A stretch of 64,000 nucleotides of DNA from Candidatus Sumerlaeales bacterium (GTDB taxonomy: Bacteria; Sumerlaeota; Sumerlaeia; Sumerlaeales; Sumerlaeaceae), in the NCBI GenBank assembly GCA_036675025.1, contig JAKFFN010000054.1:11673-75672 (forward strand). The letters are read 5' to 3'. Under the pieces are notes generated by a model, which did no database searches, was not told the DNA's origin, and worked only from the letters and a program-made list of their open reading frames with translations. Made by a program: the position numbers and the translations under genes. This document shows, in pieces, positions 47,652 through 56,915 of the stretch; the first letter of the stretch is position 1, and each line of letters begins with the position of its first letter.

Positions 47652-48530
47652 CTACAGCAGCATCCGCTGGGTGATTGGTGCATAAGCATCAATCCGGCGG
47701 TCACGCAGGAATGGCCAGTTACGCCGCACTTCTTCCTGCCAGCGCGGGTCGCATTCGGCGTACAGCGTTTCTTCTGTGTCAGTGCCGGCCTCGGCGATAA
47801 CGGCCCCGAACGGATCGGCTATAAAGCTACGCCCCCAGAACTGGATACCGCCCTCTGACGGTCCTTCGTGACCGACACGGTTAACCGCTGCCACGTACAC
47901 GCCGTTCGCGATAGCATGGCTGCGCTGTATTGTGCGCCAGGCGTCATGCTGGCGCACGCCAAACTCTTCCTTCTCTGCCGGATGCCAGCCTATTGCCGTT
48001 GGGTAGAAAAGCACATTTGCGCCCTTGAGCGATGTGATGCGCGCCGCCTCAGGGTACCACTGATCCCAGCATACAAGAGTGCCAACTTTTGCCTGCGGCG
48101 TATCGAACGCCTGGAAATCGAGATCACCCGGGGTGAAGTAGTATTTTTCGTAATAGAGCGGATCATCCGGGATGTGCATCTTCCGGTACTTACCCGTAAT
48201 TTCGCCATCCTGTCCCAGTACCACCAGCGTATTGTGGTACAGCCCAGGGGCGCGGCGCTCAAACAGCGACGCCAATACCGTCACCTTTTGTTCTTTGGCT
48301 ATGGCGCTAAGCCGTTCGGTGCTGGGGCCGGGAATAGACTCGGCCAGGTCAAAGATATTGCAGTCTTCCGTCTGGCAGAAGTACTGCGAGCGGAAAAGCT
48401 CGGGCAGGCAGATGATCTGCGCGCCGTTTTTTGCGGCATCCAAAACCCGGTCAGCGGCCTTATCCAGGTTTTCATTGGTGTCTTCCGAGCACTGCATCTG
48501 GATGCAACCAATCGTAAACTTATCCATCAT
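47652..48530 (-). CDS. aguB: N-carbamoylputrescine amidase (carbon-nitrogen hydrolase / nitrilase superfamily)
   Basis: GGAGA lies 7 nt before the ATG at 48530. The Glu-Lys-Cys catalytic-triad contexts are present (ICLPELF, KMHIPD, LVCWDQWYPE). ~292 aa. Confidence 0.8.
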   Translation of the reverse strand: MMDKFTIGCIQMQCSEDTNENLDKAADRVLDAAKNGAQIICLPELFRSQYFCQTEDCNIFDLAESIPGPSTERLSAIAKEQKVTVLASLFERRAPGLYHNTLVVLGQDGEITGKYRKMHIPDDPLYYEKYYFTPGDLDFQAFDTPQAKVGTLVCWDQWYPEAARITSLKGANVLFYPTAIGWHPAEKEEFGVRQHDAWRTIQRSHAIANGVYVAAVNRVGHEGPSEGGIQFWGRSFIADPFGAVIAEAGTDTEETLYAECDPRWQEEVRRNWPFLRDRRIDAYAPITQRMLL

Positions 48531-48621
48531 TCCGCTCTCCAATCAGAAAAAAAGGCAGACCTCTCGGCCTGCCCCATTCAAATCAATTTCTGTACCGGGA
48601 AGAACCCCGTGTAACTTCTGC

Positions 48622-49854
48622 TTAATTAACAAATTCCAGCTTGATACCTGGGCTAACGCGATCACCAAGCTGCCTTGCATCCCAGTTAGCCAGGCGGATA
48701 CAGCCATGGCTGTGGTTCTTGCTGATGTTTTCCGGGTTGGGTGTGCCATGGATGCCAACACTGGGGCGCGTCGTGCCGATCCAGATGTTACCCACAGGGC
48801 TGTTGGGGCCGGGCGGAATGTCGTATTCCTTCCCAAGTTCATCGTCCCACATCAGTTGCGGTTTGTACTTAAACGGCGGGTTCTTGACCGGTGTCGTGAT
48901 CTCATAGTCGCCGATAGGCAGCGGGTCCTTGTCACTACCCAGGGTACACGGATAGTAGAACATCAGGTTGCCGCCATCATCAAAGGCCATAATCCACTTG
49001 TTAAACTTGGAAACCCGAACTAGTGCCACTTTACCACGCTTGGTGTCGATGCCATCCAGTACATTCAGCACCAGGAGTTTCGTCCCAGCAGGAGCACTCT
49101 CGAGGTTCACCTGAGGATTCAGCTTCTTCAGCAGGCTTTGAGACATGTGAAACTTCTCACCAAGAGCCTCAGCGCGGGATTCGTAAGGTAACCACTTCAG
49201 GCGCGACTGCTCAGGGTATGTGCGCGGAATTGGTCCAACGCGGTCATCCAGATCGTCAGCTTTAAGGGTGTACTCGAGCAGGTAGCCTTCTTTAAAACCG
49301 TCCAGGCGAGCCAACATTTTGCTGTCGAGCTGTCCGGTTGGCGACATGCCGTTCATCTTCTGGTAAACAAAGAGGCCGCGTTCAGTATTATAGCCCCATT
49401 TGCCGTCGATTTCGCCGGGCGAATAGCCGTGGTAATCCAGGAAAACCTGAAGGCGAAGAATATCGACATCGTCGCCTGATTCACTGGGGAAATTGATATT
49501 GTAGCCGGTAGCGCCGAGAGATCCGGCGGAAACTGTCTGTGCGGCAGACTGCTGTGGCGCAGGAGCCTGTTGATACGCCGGAGCCTGCGGCTGCTGGTAG
49601 GCGGGATACTGCTGCTGATAAGCAGGCGCCTGCTGCTGTGGCCAGCCATACGCGGGCTGCTGGGGCTGCTGCGGGTACTGCTGCGCCTGCTGACCACCAT
49701 AATAGTAAGACGCGCCGGCATTGCCCGGCTGCGCATATCCCCCCTGGGCGGCCGGGGCCGTATTATAAGCGTAAGATTGCGCGACAGCGCCAAATGGCAT
49801 CGCTAATCCACAAAATAAGGCAACTGCTACGGGTAATGTGCGTTTGCTCTGCAT
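48622..49854 (-). CDS. L,D-transpeptidase (YkuD/ErfK family) with a peptidoglycan-binding domain and a Q/P/Y-rich low-complexity linker
   Basis: AGGAG lies 5 nt before the ATG at 49854. A signal peptide is followed by a (Q/P/A/Y) repeat tract (QQAPAYQQQYPAYQQPQAPAYQQAPAPQQ) and a PG_binding_1-like segment (LQVFLDYHGYSPGEIDGKWG). The catalytic domain carries the SHGCIRL motif. Confidence 0.8.
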   Translation of the reverse strand: MQSKRTLPVAVALFCGLAMPFGAVAQSYAYNTAPAAQGGYAQPGNAGASYYYGGQQAQQYPQQPQQPAYGWPQQQAPAYQQQYPAYQQPQAPAYQQAPAPQQSAAQTVSAGSLGATGYNINFPSESGDDVDILRLQVFLDYHGYSPGEIDGKWGYNTERGLFVYQKMNGMSPTGQLDSKMLARLDGFKEGYLLEYTLKADDLDDRVGPIPRTYPEQSRLKWLPYESRAEALGEKFHMSQSLLKKLNPQVNLESAPAGTKLLVLNVLDGIDTKRGKVALVRVSKFNKWIMAFDDGGNLMFYYPCTLGSDKDPLPIGDYEITTPVKNPPFKYKPQLMWDDELGKEYDIPPGPNSPVGNIWIGTTRPSVGIHGTPNPENISKNHSHGCIRLANWDARQLGDRVSPGIKLEFVN

Positions 49855-50114
49855 CTCACTCCTGCACAAAGTAAATTATATCAACCAACTGGACAAAAAG
49901 CTCGGTTCGAACCTCCTGCCGCAAGTGTAATGCCACGGGCCTAATTACCGTTGGGCGCAGAGGAATTCAACACTTACTCGCAAAAATGCTTTACGCCGGA
50001 TTCCACGGCAGAAGCTGGCGCAGCCTTTTAAAAATCAAGGTGAGCAGCCTTTTTAGCAGCGTCGATGAGACGAAAAGATTTCGAATTCAGCCAGCACTGA
50101 TTCAAGCTACATCG

Positions 50115-50969
50115 TCAGGCCACTAGCGACCGCAAAATGTTCATATTCTCAACATCCTCGGTCATATCTTTGTCCTTATCCGTTTCCAGCACTTTGGGTA
50201 TTTCGCGCAGCGATTTGTCGTTCATCAGGAAGCGGAACGGTTCCAGCCCCATCTCTCCCTGGCCGATGTGGTGATGCCGGTCTTTCCGGCTTCCACAGGG
50301 CTGCTTACTGTCGTTAATATGGATCGCTTTCAGCCGTTCACGTCCTACGTGGCTGTCAAAGTCGCTCCACAGCTTGTCATATCCTTCTTTTGTGCGGATA
50401 TCATAGCCGGCGGCAAATACATGGCAGGTATCCAGGCATACGCCGAGCCGTTCCGGGCGCTTCACGCCATCAATAATATGCGCCAGTTCACTGAACTGCC
50501 ACCCCAGGCAGGATCCCTGGCCCGCCGTTGTCTCAAGGAGAATCTGCGCCTTGAATCCGGCTGTCGCCTCAAAGACTTCATCCAGTCCGGCAACGATAGC
50601 AGTCAGTCCACATTCTTCGCCCGCACCGCAGTGTGCGCCCGGGTGGAGTACGAGCCCCGGAATCCCCAGCGTTTCACACCGGGTAAGCTCGTCGATCAGG
50701 TCTTCTACGGATTTGCGCACAAACTCCGGCTTGTCCGATGCCAGGTTCGCCAGGTAAATGGCGTGGGCGATAACGGACTTTACCTTGCCGCGCTTGAGCC
50801 CTGCATGGAATGCCTTTACATCATCTTCTTTCAGCGGCGGAAATTGCCAGCGGGTGTTTCCCTTTACAAAAACCTGGATGGCCGTGCACCCGATGGATTC
50901 TCCCCGTTCAATGGCCTTGGCCATACCGCCGGCGGTGCTCATGTGTGATCCCAACAGCAGTTCCGTCAT
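50115..50969 (-). CDS. nfo: Endonuclease IV (AP endonuclease, TIM-barrel family 2)
   Basis: The ATG at 50969 gives MTELLLGSHMSTAGG.... Metal-binding His/Glu/Asp blocks are present (LVLHPGAH, ILLETTAGQGSCLG, VCLDTCHVFAAGYD). Confidence 0.85.
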   Translation of the reverse strand: MTELLLGSHMSTAGGMAKAIERGESIGCTAIQVFVKGNTRWQFPPLKEDDVKAFHAGLKRGKVKSVIAHAIYLANLASDKPEFVRKSVEDLIDELTRCETLGIPGLVLHPGAHCGAGEECGLTAIVAGLDEVFEATAGFKAQILLETTAGQGSCLGWQFSELAHIIDGVKRPERLGVCLDTCHVFAAGYDIRTKEGYDKLWSDFDSHVGRERLKAIHINDSKQPCGSRKDRHHHIGQGEMGLEPFRFLMNDKSLREIPKVLETDKDKDMTEDVENMNILRSLVA

Positions 50970-51115
50970 CGTCTCTTTCACCCGCTTCCCGATCGTTTTC
51001 GAGGTGCAGTTGCAACCACGCGAGGAACCAATACAATGGAAAAACTGTTGAATGCAGCCACGTTGCTTCAATTACCTGACCAGTAGAAAACGACAATTCC
51101 ACCTCAAGGAGATTT

Positions 51116-51751
51116 CCCATTCTATCACCAGATCAAGCCCTCGCCCGCCTGCAGGAAGGCAACGCCCGCTATGCCAACGAATCCCCGGAACGACCCAATC
51201 AGACCGCCCTTCGCCGCGCGGAAGTTGCCACCAGCCAGACCCCGTTTGCAGTTGTGGTGGGTTGCTCCGATTCCCGCGTTCCAGTAGAAGTGATATTTGA
51301 TGTCGGCGTAGGCGATTTGTTTGTTGTTCGCACGGCCGGCAATCTGATCGAGGACGTATGCATTGCCAGCGTCGAATACGCCATCCTGGCGCTGGACGTG
51401 CGCCTGGTAATGGTCATGGGCCATCGCCGCTGCGGCGCAGTCACTTCAGCTGTCGAGGCAACCCTTAAGGCGGAATCGGAGCCTGAAGAAATCGATACCG
51501 AGTCAGCAGACTTTAAGCCGCGCAGCTACGTTGAGGGCCTGGTTGCTAAGATACAGCCAGCGGTGGACCACGTTCGCCATGCGCCTGGAGACCTTCTCGA
51601 CAATGCCGTCAGGGCCAACGCAGACCTTATGGTCCGCCGGCTTCGCAAGCGAAGCGCCATCATCAATGAGGCTGTAGCCGCCGGAAAAGTTAAAGTCGTG
51701 GGATCCGTTTACGATCTCGATACCGGCCTGGTTGTTCTTAATAATCGCTAA
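51116..51751 (+). CDS. Beta-class carbonic anhydrase
   Basis: The zinc-ligand motifs CSDSR and HxxCG are present (VVGCSDSRVP, GHRRCGAV). The conserved N-terminal helix (ALARLQEGNARYA) lies upstream of the track's GTG at 51254. That frame is open back to a stop at 51074-76, but contains no ATG/GTG/TTG. AGGAGA at 51104-09 is followed 6 nt later by an ATT at 51116, which I propose as a non-canonical start. Confidence 0.65.
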   Translation, partial: PILSPDQALARLQEGNARYANESPERPNQTALRRAEVATSQTPFAVVVGCSDSRVPVEVIFDVGVGDLFVVRTAGNLIEDVCIASVEYAILALDVRLVMVMGHRRCGAVTSAVEATLKAESEPEEIDTESADFKPRSYVEGLVAKIQPAVDHVRHAPGDLLDNAVRANADLMVRRLRKRSAIINEAVAAGKVKVVGSVYDLDTGLVVLNNR

Positions 51752-51804
51752 AGCCCCTATTCCTGCGTCTGAATACCCCACCCGCTGAAAGCGTTAGAAC
51801 CTGC

Positions 51805-52452
51805 ATGGCTGAATCAAATAATCCTGTCAGCTCCTCGGAGCTGAAACCCGCAGTCTTTATGGACCGCGACGGCACAATGACCGTTGAAGGTGGTTACATC
51901 AACCATCCGTCGCGGCTGCGCCTGATTTCGGGCACAGCCGAGGGCGTGAAGCTTTGTAACGAGAATGGGCTCCTGGCTGTAGTCACCACGAATCAGGCTG
52001 GCGTTGCCCGTGGATACTTTACAGAAGACCTCATCCATGTTGTACATGGCCGGCTGAAACAGATGCTTGCCAGAAAAGGCGCCGAGTTGGATGCGGTTTA
52101 CTATTGCCCCCACCACCCCCACGAGGGGAAGCCGCCCTATCGTTCCGCGTGCGACTGCCGCAAACCCGGCCCGGGCATGATCAACCAGGCCTGCAAAGAC
52201 CTGCCTGTTGATCTGTCTCGTAGTTACATGGTGGGTGACAAGATCAGCGACAGCGAGTTCGGCCATCGCCTGGGCCTGCGCACCGTCATGGTTCTCACCG
52301 GCTACGGCCGAGGCGAGTATGAATATCAGCGCCAGGATTGGAAAGATACGCCAGACCACATTGCCAGGAACCTGAAAGAAGCAGTGGAGTGGATCATCCA
52401 GGACCTGAAGCAGCGGGATGCTGAACAGCCTGCCGCGAAAGCCAAGGCATGA
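51805..52452 (+). CDS. gmhB: D-glycero-beta-D-manno-heptose-1,7-bisphosphate 7-phosphatase (HAD-IIIA)
   Basis: The HAD motif I is VFMDRDGT. The Zn-binding CxH...CxC insert is CPHHPHEG...CDCRKP. Motif III is GDKISD. Confidence 0.8.
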   Translation: MAESNNPVSSSELKPAVFMDRDGTMTVEGGYINHPSRLRLISGTAEGVKLCNENGLLAVVTTNQAGVARGYFTEDLIHVVHGRLKQMLARKGAELDAVYYCPHHPHEGKPPYRSACDCRKPGPGMINQACKDLPVDLSRSYMVGDKISDSEFGHRLGLRTVMVLTGYGRGEYEYQRQDWKDTPDHIARNLKEAVEWIIQDLKQRDAEQPAAKAKA

Positions 52453-52937
52453 TCAGTAAACTCCGAACCCTGGAGGAACTGAAACTGATCCGGGAACAAC
52501 TGCGCGCGGATGACAAACGTATTGTATTTGCCAATGGCTGCTTCGATGTGCTTCACGGCGGCCACGTCAGCTACCTTGCTGATTCGCGCTCACACGGTGA
52601 TGTTCTTATCTGCGGCGTCAACAGTGACTCCAGCGAACGCGGCCTGAAGGGTCCAACGCGGCCGATCTACAAGCAAGACGAACGCCTGGCTCTCCTCGAC
52701 GCCATCCGCTACGTGGATCACCTGATTGTTTTCGACGAACCGACATGCGAAAACCTTCTGCGCGAACTGCGGCCGGATGTCCACGCCAAGGGCACGGATT
52801 ACACCGCCGACAGCATTCCGGAAAAGGAAACGGCACGGGAGCTGGGCATTGAAGTTTACATTGCCGGTCCGCCAAAGGAAAATGCCTCTCGCGGCGTTAT
52901 CGCGACCGTAGTGGAGCGCTTTGCGGGTGAAGAATAA
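52449..52937 (+). CDS. D-beta-D-heptose-1-phosphate adenylyltransferase (HldE domain II / RfaE2-like cytidylyltransferase fold)
   Basis: The nucleotidyltransferase motif is FANGCFDVLHGGHVSYL (HxGH), followed by GVNSDSS. Its ATG overlaps the gmhB stop (ATGA). 162 aa. No kinase domain I is attached. Confidence 0.75.
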   Translation: MISKLRTLEELKLIREQLRADDKRIVFANGCFDVLHGGHVSYLADSRSHGDVLICGVNSDSSERGLKGPTRPIYKQDERLALLDAIRYVDHLIVFDEPTCENLLRELRPDVHAKGTDYTADSIPEKETARELGIEVYIAGPPKENASRGVIATVVERFAGEE

Positions 52938-54000
52938 CCCGCCTGGCGCCGCCGAACGCAAGCCTCGCATTCTCATTGTAAAGCTAAGCGCCGTGGGCGA
53001 TGTAGTCCATGCGCTTCCGGCCCTTCACGCGCTGCGTCGGCACCTGCCCAATGCCCACATTGGCTGGGTGGCGCATCCCGGTCCGGCAAATCTGCTGGAA
53101 GGACATCCGGAGATCGACGAGCTGATACTTCTCCCCCGCCGCCCCAGCCAGTACGGCGGATGGAAAGGTTTCGCGCGCCTTGTGCGCGATCTACGCTCGG
53201 ACAAACCGGGCTGGGACTGGGCCTTTGATATGCAGGGCCTGACAAAAAGCGGACTCGTGGCTCTCATCAGTGGTGCCCGGGAACGGGTGGGTTTCGGCGA
53301 CAAAAACAGCCGCGAGTTGAACCCGCTCCTGATTAATCACCGCATTCCGACGATCAGCCGCCAGGTCATACAGAAGAACATCGAACTGCTCCAGCCGCTG
53401 GGTGTACCGCCGGATCAGCCTGCAGAAGCCATTCTGCCGTGCAGCCCTGAAGACACAGACTATGTTAACCGATGGCTGGTGAATGCGGGGCTGCTGGGAC
53501 AGCGATTGCTGGTGCTCGACCCATTCGCAGGCTGGGAGACGAAGCTTTGGCCGGTGGGCCACTGGACGGCCCTGGCTGCCACGGCCCGCGACACGCTTGG
53601 TCTTCGCCCGCTGATTTTTCATGGTCCGGAAGAACGGCCCCGCGCAGCGCAACTGGTCGAAATGATACCCGGCGCGGTACTTCCGCCGGAAACAACCCTT
53701 CGCCAATACGTCGCACTCCTTCGCCAGTGCGCAGCCGCCATGGTTGCAGCTGATACTGGGCCCATGCACATCGCCGCGTCGCAGGGCGTACCCGTGGTCG
53801 CTCTTTATGGCCCGTCTGATCCTGACAGGAATTCCCCCGTGTTTGCCAATGCCCGCTTTACGACTCTTCAAGACGAAACCCAGCCCTGCGCCGGCACCTT
53901 CGCCCGCAAATGCCCCCACCATGAACCGGGCCAGTGCATGGCTACACTTACTCCTGAAATGGTATCGGAAGCGCTGGCCGGGCTGTTAAAAGCTAAGTAG
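52927..54000 (+). CDS. ADP-heptose:LPS heptosyltransferase (glycosyltransferase family 9)
   Basis: The GT9 N-terminal signature is RILIVKLSAVGDVVHALPAL, and the C-terminal donor-binding block is TGPMHIAASQGVPVVALYGP. The start is uncertain: GTG 52927 or TTG 52921, both overlapping the upstream stop. Confidence 0.75.
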   Translation: MKNNPPGAAERKPRILIVKLSAVGDVVHALPALHALRRHLPNAHIGWVAHPGPANLLEGHPEIDELILLPRRPSQYGGWKGFARLVRDLRSDKPGWDWAFDMQGLTKSGLVALISGARERVGFGDKNSRELNPLLINHRIPTISRQVIQKNIELLQPLGVPPDQPAEAILPCSPEDTDYVNRWLVNAGLLGQRLLVLDPFAGWETKLWPVGHWTALAATARDTLGLRPLIFHGPEERPRAAQLVEMIPGAVLPPETTLRQYVALLRQCAAAMVAADTGPMHIAASQGVPVVALYGPSDPDRNSPVFANARFTTLQDETQPCAGTFARKCPHHEPGQCMATLTPEMVSEALAGLLKAK

Positions 54001-54075
54001 CCACGACTCCCGGCTTACCACTAAAACCGCTAACTGACAGTAGCTAATACCTGCATCTTAACCAGCCATTAAAGT

Positions 54076-54777
54076 TCAACGGTGCCGGTTCCGCCAGACG
54101 TACTTGATGCTGCGCGCCATGATTTTACGGCTAAATGTGCTCACGCCGGCGCGCCGCTCTTCAAAAAGGATAGGGCGCTCTACTACCCGCAGCCCTGCCC
54201 GCCGCGCTTCTATCAGCACCTCCTGCAAAATCTCCGGCCCCTCCGCCTGCAGCCGTTCCCACGGGATAACCTCCAGTGCCCGCTTGTTGAAAGTCCGGAA
54301 CCCCGTCGTGCAGTCGCGCACAGGCAGTTTCAGCAATGTCCGAATATAGGCATTGGCCGCCAGCGTAATAAAACGACGCATGGGGTGCCGGCCGCTTTCC
54401 CCCCCGCCCGGTATCAATCGGCTTCCCACCACGATATCTGCCTCTCCCGAAATCACAGGCTCCAGCAGCGACGGCACGAACCGCGGGTGATGGCTGTAAT
54501 CCGCGTCCATCTCAACGGCAGCCTCATAGCCGTTATCTCGCGCATACCGGAAAGCCGCTATACCCGCAGAACCGCGCCCCCGCATATCGGTCCTGTGAAT
54601 CAGGTGCACGCGCGGTTCCGCTTTCGCCTTCTCCGCTACCAGCTTCCAGGTTCCATCGGGAGAATTGTCGTCCACCACAAGCACCTCAACCTGCGGTTCC
54701 AGTGCCAGCAGTTCCTCCATCAGGGGCTCTATATTACCTGACTCATTGTAGGTCGGTAAAAACGCAACAATCTTCAT
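54076..54777 (-). CDS. Polyprenol-phosphate mannose/glucose synthase-like glycosyltransferase (GT2, DPM1-like)
   Basis: FLPTYNESGNIEPL...LVVDDNSPDGT...AVEMDADYSHHP carries DxD and DAD motifs typical of soluble DPM1-like GT2 enzymes. 233 aa. Confidence 0.75.
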   Translation of the reverse strand: MKIVAFLPTYNESGNIEPLMEELLALEPQVEVLVVDDNSPDGTWKLVAEKAKAEPRVHLIHRTDMRGRGSAGIAAFRYARDNGYEAAVEMDADYSHHPRFVPSLLEPVISGEADIVVGSRLIPGGGESGRHPMRRFITLAANAYIRTLLKLPVRDCTTGFRTFNKRALEVIPWERLQAEGPEILQEVLIEARRAGLRVVERPILFEERRAGVSTFSRKIMARSIKYVWRNRHR

Positions 54778-54899
54778 GGCGTCATGACTGGTTCAGAGCA
54801 TAAGTCCTATGCAACCGCTTTTGCTGATTAAAAGCAGCCATGGTTTATACTTCTTGCCTTGCGCATATCAGGCGGCAACGCAATCTGCAGGAGCTACAA

Positions 54900-55616
54900 A
54901 TGACTGCACCAGGCACAGGCGACAACGAACCCATCATGAAAGGCGATGCACCAGCTACGCCTTCCCCCACCTCTCCGCCGCCCCTGGCGCGCACCGCACC
55001 CCAGCGCGACCTGATACCAATCCCGCTGCTTGTAGGCATATTTGCTGTCGTTTTGGCCCTGATGTACGGTCTGCTAATTGATAACTGGCGCACTGACTGG
55101 ACCCGCTTCCAGAGCATCAAGGCTCAGCAGGAAGGCAACTGGAAAGAAGCCATCGAACAGCTGGAGAAGCTGGTAGAGGCAGGCAAAAAAGCCAAAGATC
55201 CCGTTGTTTATAATAGCCCGACATACCTTGCAGAACTTGGTTATGCCCACTTGAACCTGGAAGAGTACGACAAGGCACTAAAGTTTTATCAGTTGGCCCA
55301 GGAAAACCGGTCGAACATGGCACCGGATGAAGCCGGCAATCCTCGTCCCCCGGTGAATTTCCAGAACATGATTGGCGTCACCTATTACCGCATGGGCAAG
55401 TATGACGAGGCGGAAAAGGCGCTGCAGGGTGCCCTGGAGTTTAACAAGCTGGATCCGCTCGCCAACTTCACCATGGGCGAAATTGCCATGAAACGCGGCA
55501 CCTACACCCAGGCAGCAGACTACTTTAAAACGGTCGCGACTGTACCCGGTTACGAAGAAAAAGTAAAAAAGTATTACGCCGAGATCGAACAAAAGCTGTT
55601 TGCCGGCATCAGCTAA
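54900..55616 (+). CDS. Membrane-anchored TPR-repeat protein
   Basis: AGGAG lies 6 nt before the ATG at 54900. A Pro-rich N-terminus is followed by one TM helix (LIPIPLLVGIFAVVLALMYGLLI) and TPR-like repeats (AELGYAHLNLEEYDKALKFYQLA, GVTYYRMGKYDEAEKALQGALEF). Confidence 0.55.
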   Translation: MTAPGTGDNEPIMKGDAPATPSPTSPPPLARTAPQRDLIPIPLLVGIFAVVLALMYGLLIDNWRTDWTRFQSIKAQQEGNWKEAIEQLEKLVEAGKKAKDPVVYNSPTYLAELGYAHLNLEEYDKALKFYQLAQENRSNMAPDEAGNPRPPVNFQNMIGVTYYRMGKYDEAEKALQGALEFNKLDPLANFTMGEIAMKRGTYTQAADYFKTVATVPGYEEKVKKYYAEIEQKLFAGIS

Positions 55617-55684
55617 CACCATTGCAGTTCTAACCCCGTAGCCGACCAGGCTCGCATTTTTTCCCGGAAGAAAGACGATATACG

Positions 55685-56893
55685 ATGAAACTCCTTCCAT
55701 TTGCGCAACTCGTTGCATTGACCACCACGCTTCTCTCAGCCCCCGTGAACGCCCAGACCACCGCGACCCTTGAACCCGGTCAGGCCGAAGCGGCCACAAC
55801 CCAGACCAGGGTGGTAGATGTGCCCACCACCTGGAGCTCCCCAGCCACTGAAGCGCGCGCCGTCTGGGTGACTGGCATGGAGCTTCTGGCTCCGCGGGAA
55901 GAACTTCTCAGCCGCCTCGATGCCCTTGCCGATGCCAACTTTAATGCCATCTTTGTCGATACCTGGTTCCGCGGCTATGTTATTTATCCGGAAAGCGCGC
56001 TGGTGTCGCAGTACCCGCCCGCTGTCGAACATGGCGATGTTCTCAAATGGCTGATCCCCGAGGCGAAGAAACGCGGGCTGGAAGTTCACAACTGGCCGGA
56101 GTACGGTTTCTATGCCTACCACACAATGGATGCCAGTACAGACCCGAGCCGCGGCCCGCTCCTGGATAAACATCCGGAGCTCACCGCCACCACCGCCGAA
56201 GGATCAACGTATCTGCACAACGCCACCTTCGGCGACTTCTACAGCCTCTGCCCGGCCAACCCGAAATCCCACCAGTTGCTGGCTGATATGTATGTTGAAA
56301 TGATGGAGCGTTACGAGTTCGACGGTCTGAACCTGGACCGCCTGCGTTTTCCTTCGGCGGACTATTGTCACTGCGATCATTGCAAGGAAACCTTCACGAA
56401 CGACAATGGCTTTGCCCTTACCGCGTTTGATGAAGGCACCACCCAGGCCGAAGTTTTCCTGCAGTGGAAACGCGAAAAGCTGGCTGATGGCGTTGAGACG
56501 ATTGTGAAGGCCGTACGTGCTGCCCGCCCAGATGCGGACATTACCGCGTACGTGGTTGGTCCTGATGAAATGAACGAGAAAGCCCAGAGCTGGGATCTTT
56601 GGGTAAAGCGTGGTCTGCTTGATGCCATCGGCGTCAGCATGTATGGTCCCGACATCCGTCCTGCCGCCGAGAAAGCTAAAAAGCTGCTGGGCGAGCATAG
56701 TAACATACTCGTCGCCGCGGTTAACGCTGGTCTTCCTGATACCAGCTTCCTCCTGCGTAACATCGGTTTCGCCCGTGAGTTCGTGCCCCTGGGGCAGTTC
56801 ACATGGTACGCATCCGACGTGATGGATGACCTCGATGAACTCAAAGCCGGCCCGTACGCCAAGCCCGCCAAATGGCCTGATCTCAAGAAGTAG
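55685..56893 (+). CDS. GHL10-family (DUF187) glycoside-hydrolase-like secreted protein, paralog 2
   Basis: A signal peptide is followed by RAVWVTGMELLAPREELLSRLDALADANFNAIFVDTWFRGYVIYPE. This is the same architecture as the gene at 30758-32350, here with a Cys-rich insert (CHCDHC). Confidence 0.65.
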   Translation: MKLLPFAQLVALTTTLLSAPVNAQTTATLEPGQAEAATTQTRVVDVPTTWSSPATEARAVWVTGMELLAPREELLSRLDALADANFNAIFVDTWFRGYVIYPESALVSQYPPAVEHGDVLKWLIPEAKKRGLEVHNWPEYGFYAYHTMDASTDPSRGPLLDKHPELTATTAEGSTYLHNATFGDFYSLCPANPKSHQLLADMYVEMMERYEFDGLNLDRLRFPSADYCHCDHCKETFTNDNGFALTAFDEGTTQAEVFLQWKREKLADGVETIVKAVRAARPDADITAYVVGPDEMNEKAQSWDLWVKRGLLDAIGVSMYGPDIRPAAEKAKKLLGEHSNILVAAVNAGLPDTSFLLRNIGFAREFVPLGQFTWYASDVMDDLDELKAGPYAKPAKWPDLKK

Positions 56894-56915
56894 CCTTTAT
56901 CGGTTTCCGTTTTCC

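Noticed and set aside
47523-47858. A 111-aa ORF on the plus strand overlapping the hairpin cluster and the 3' end of aguB
   Set aside because: It overlaps a confidently called convergent gene and palindromic non-coding structure. It has no RBS or domain signal.
49895-49915. A GGTTCGAACC element that looks like a tRNA T-loop
   Set aside because: The flanking sequence cannot form a T-stem or acceptor stem on either strand. No cloverleaf is possible. I found no tRNA anywhere in the window.
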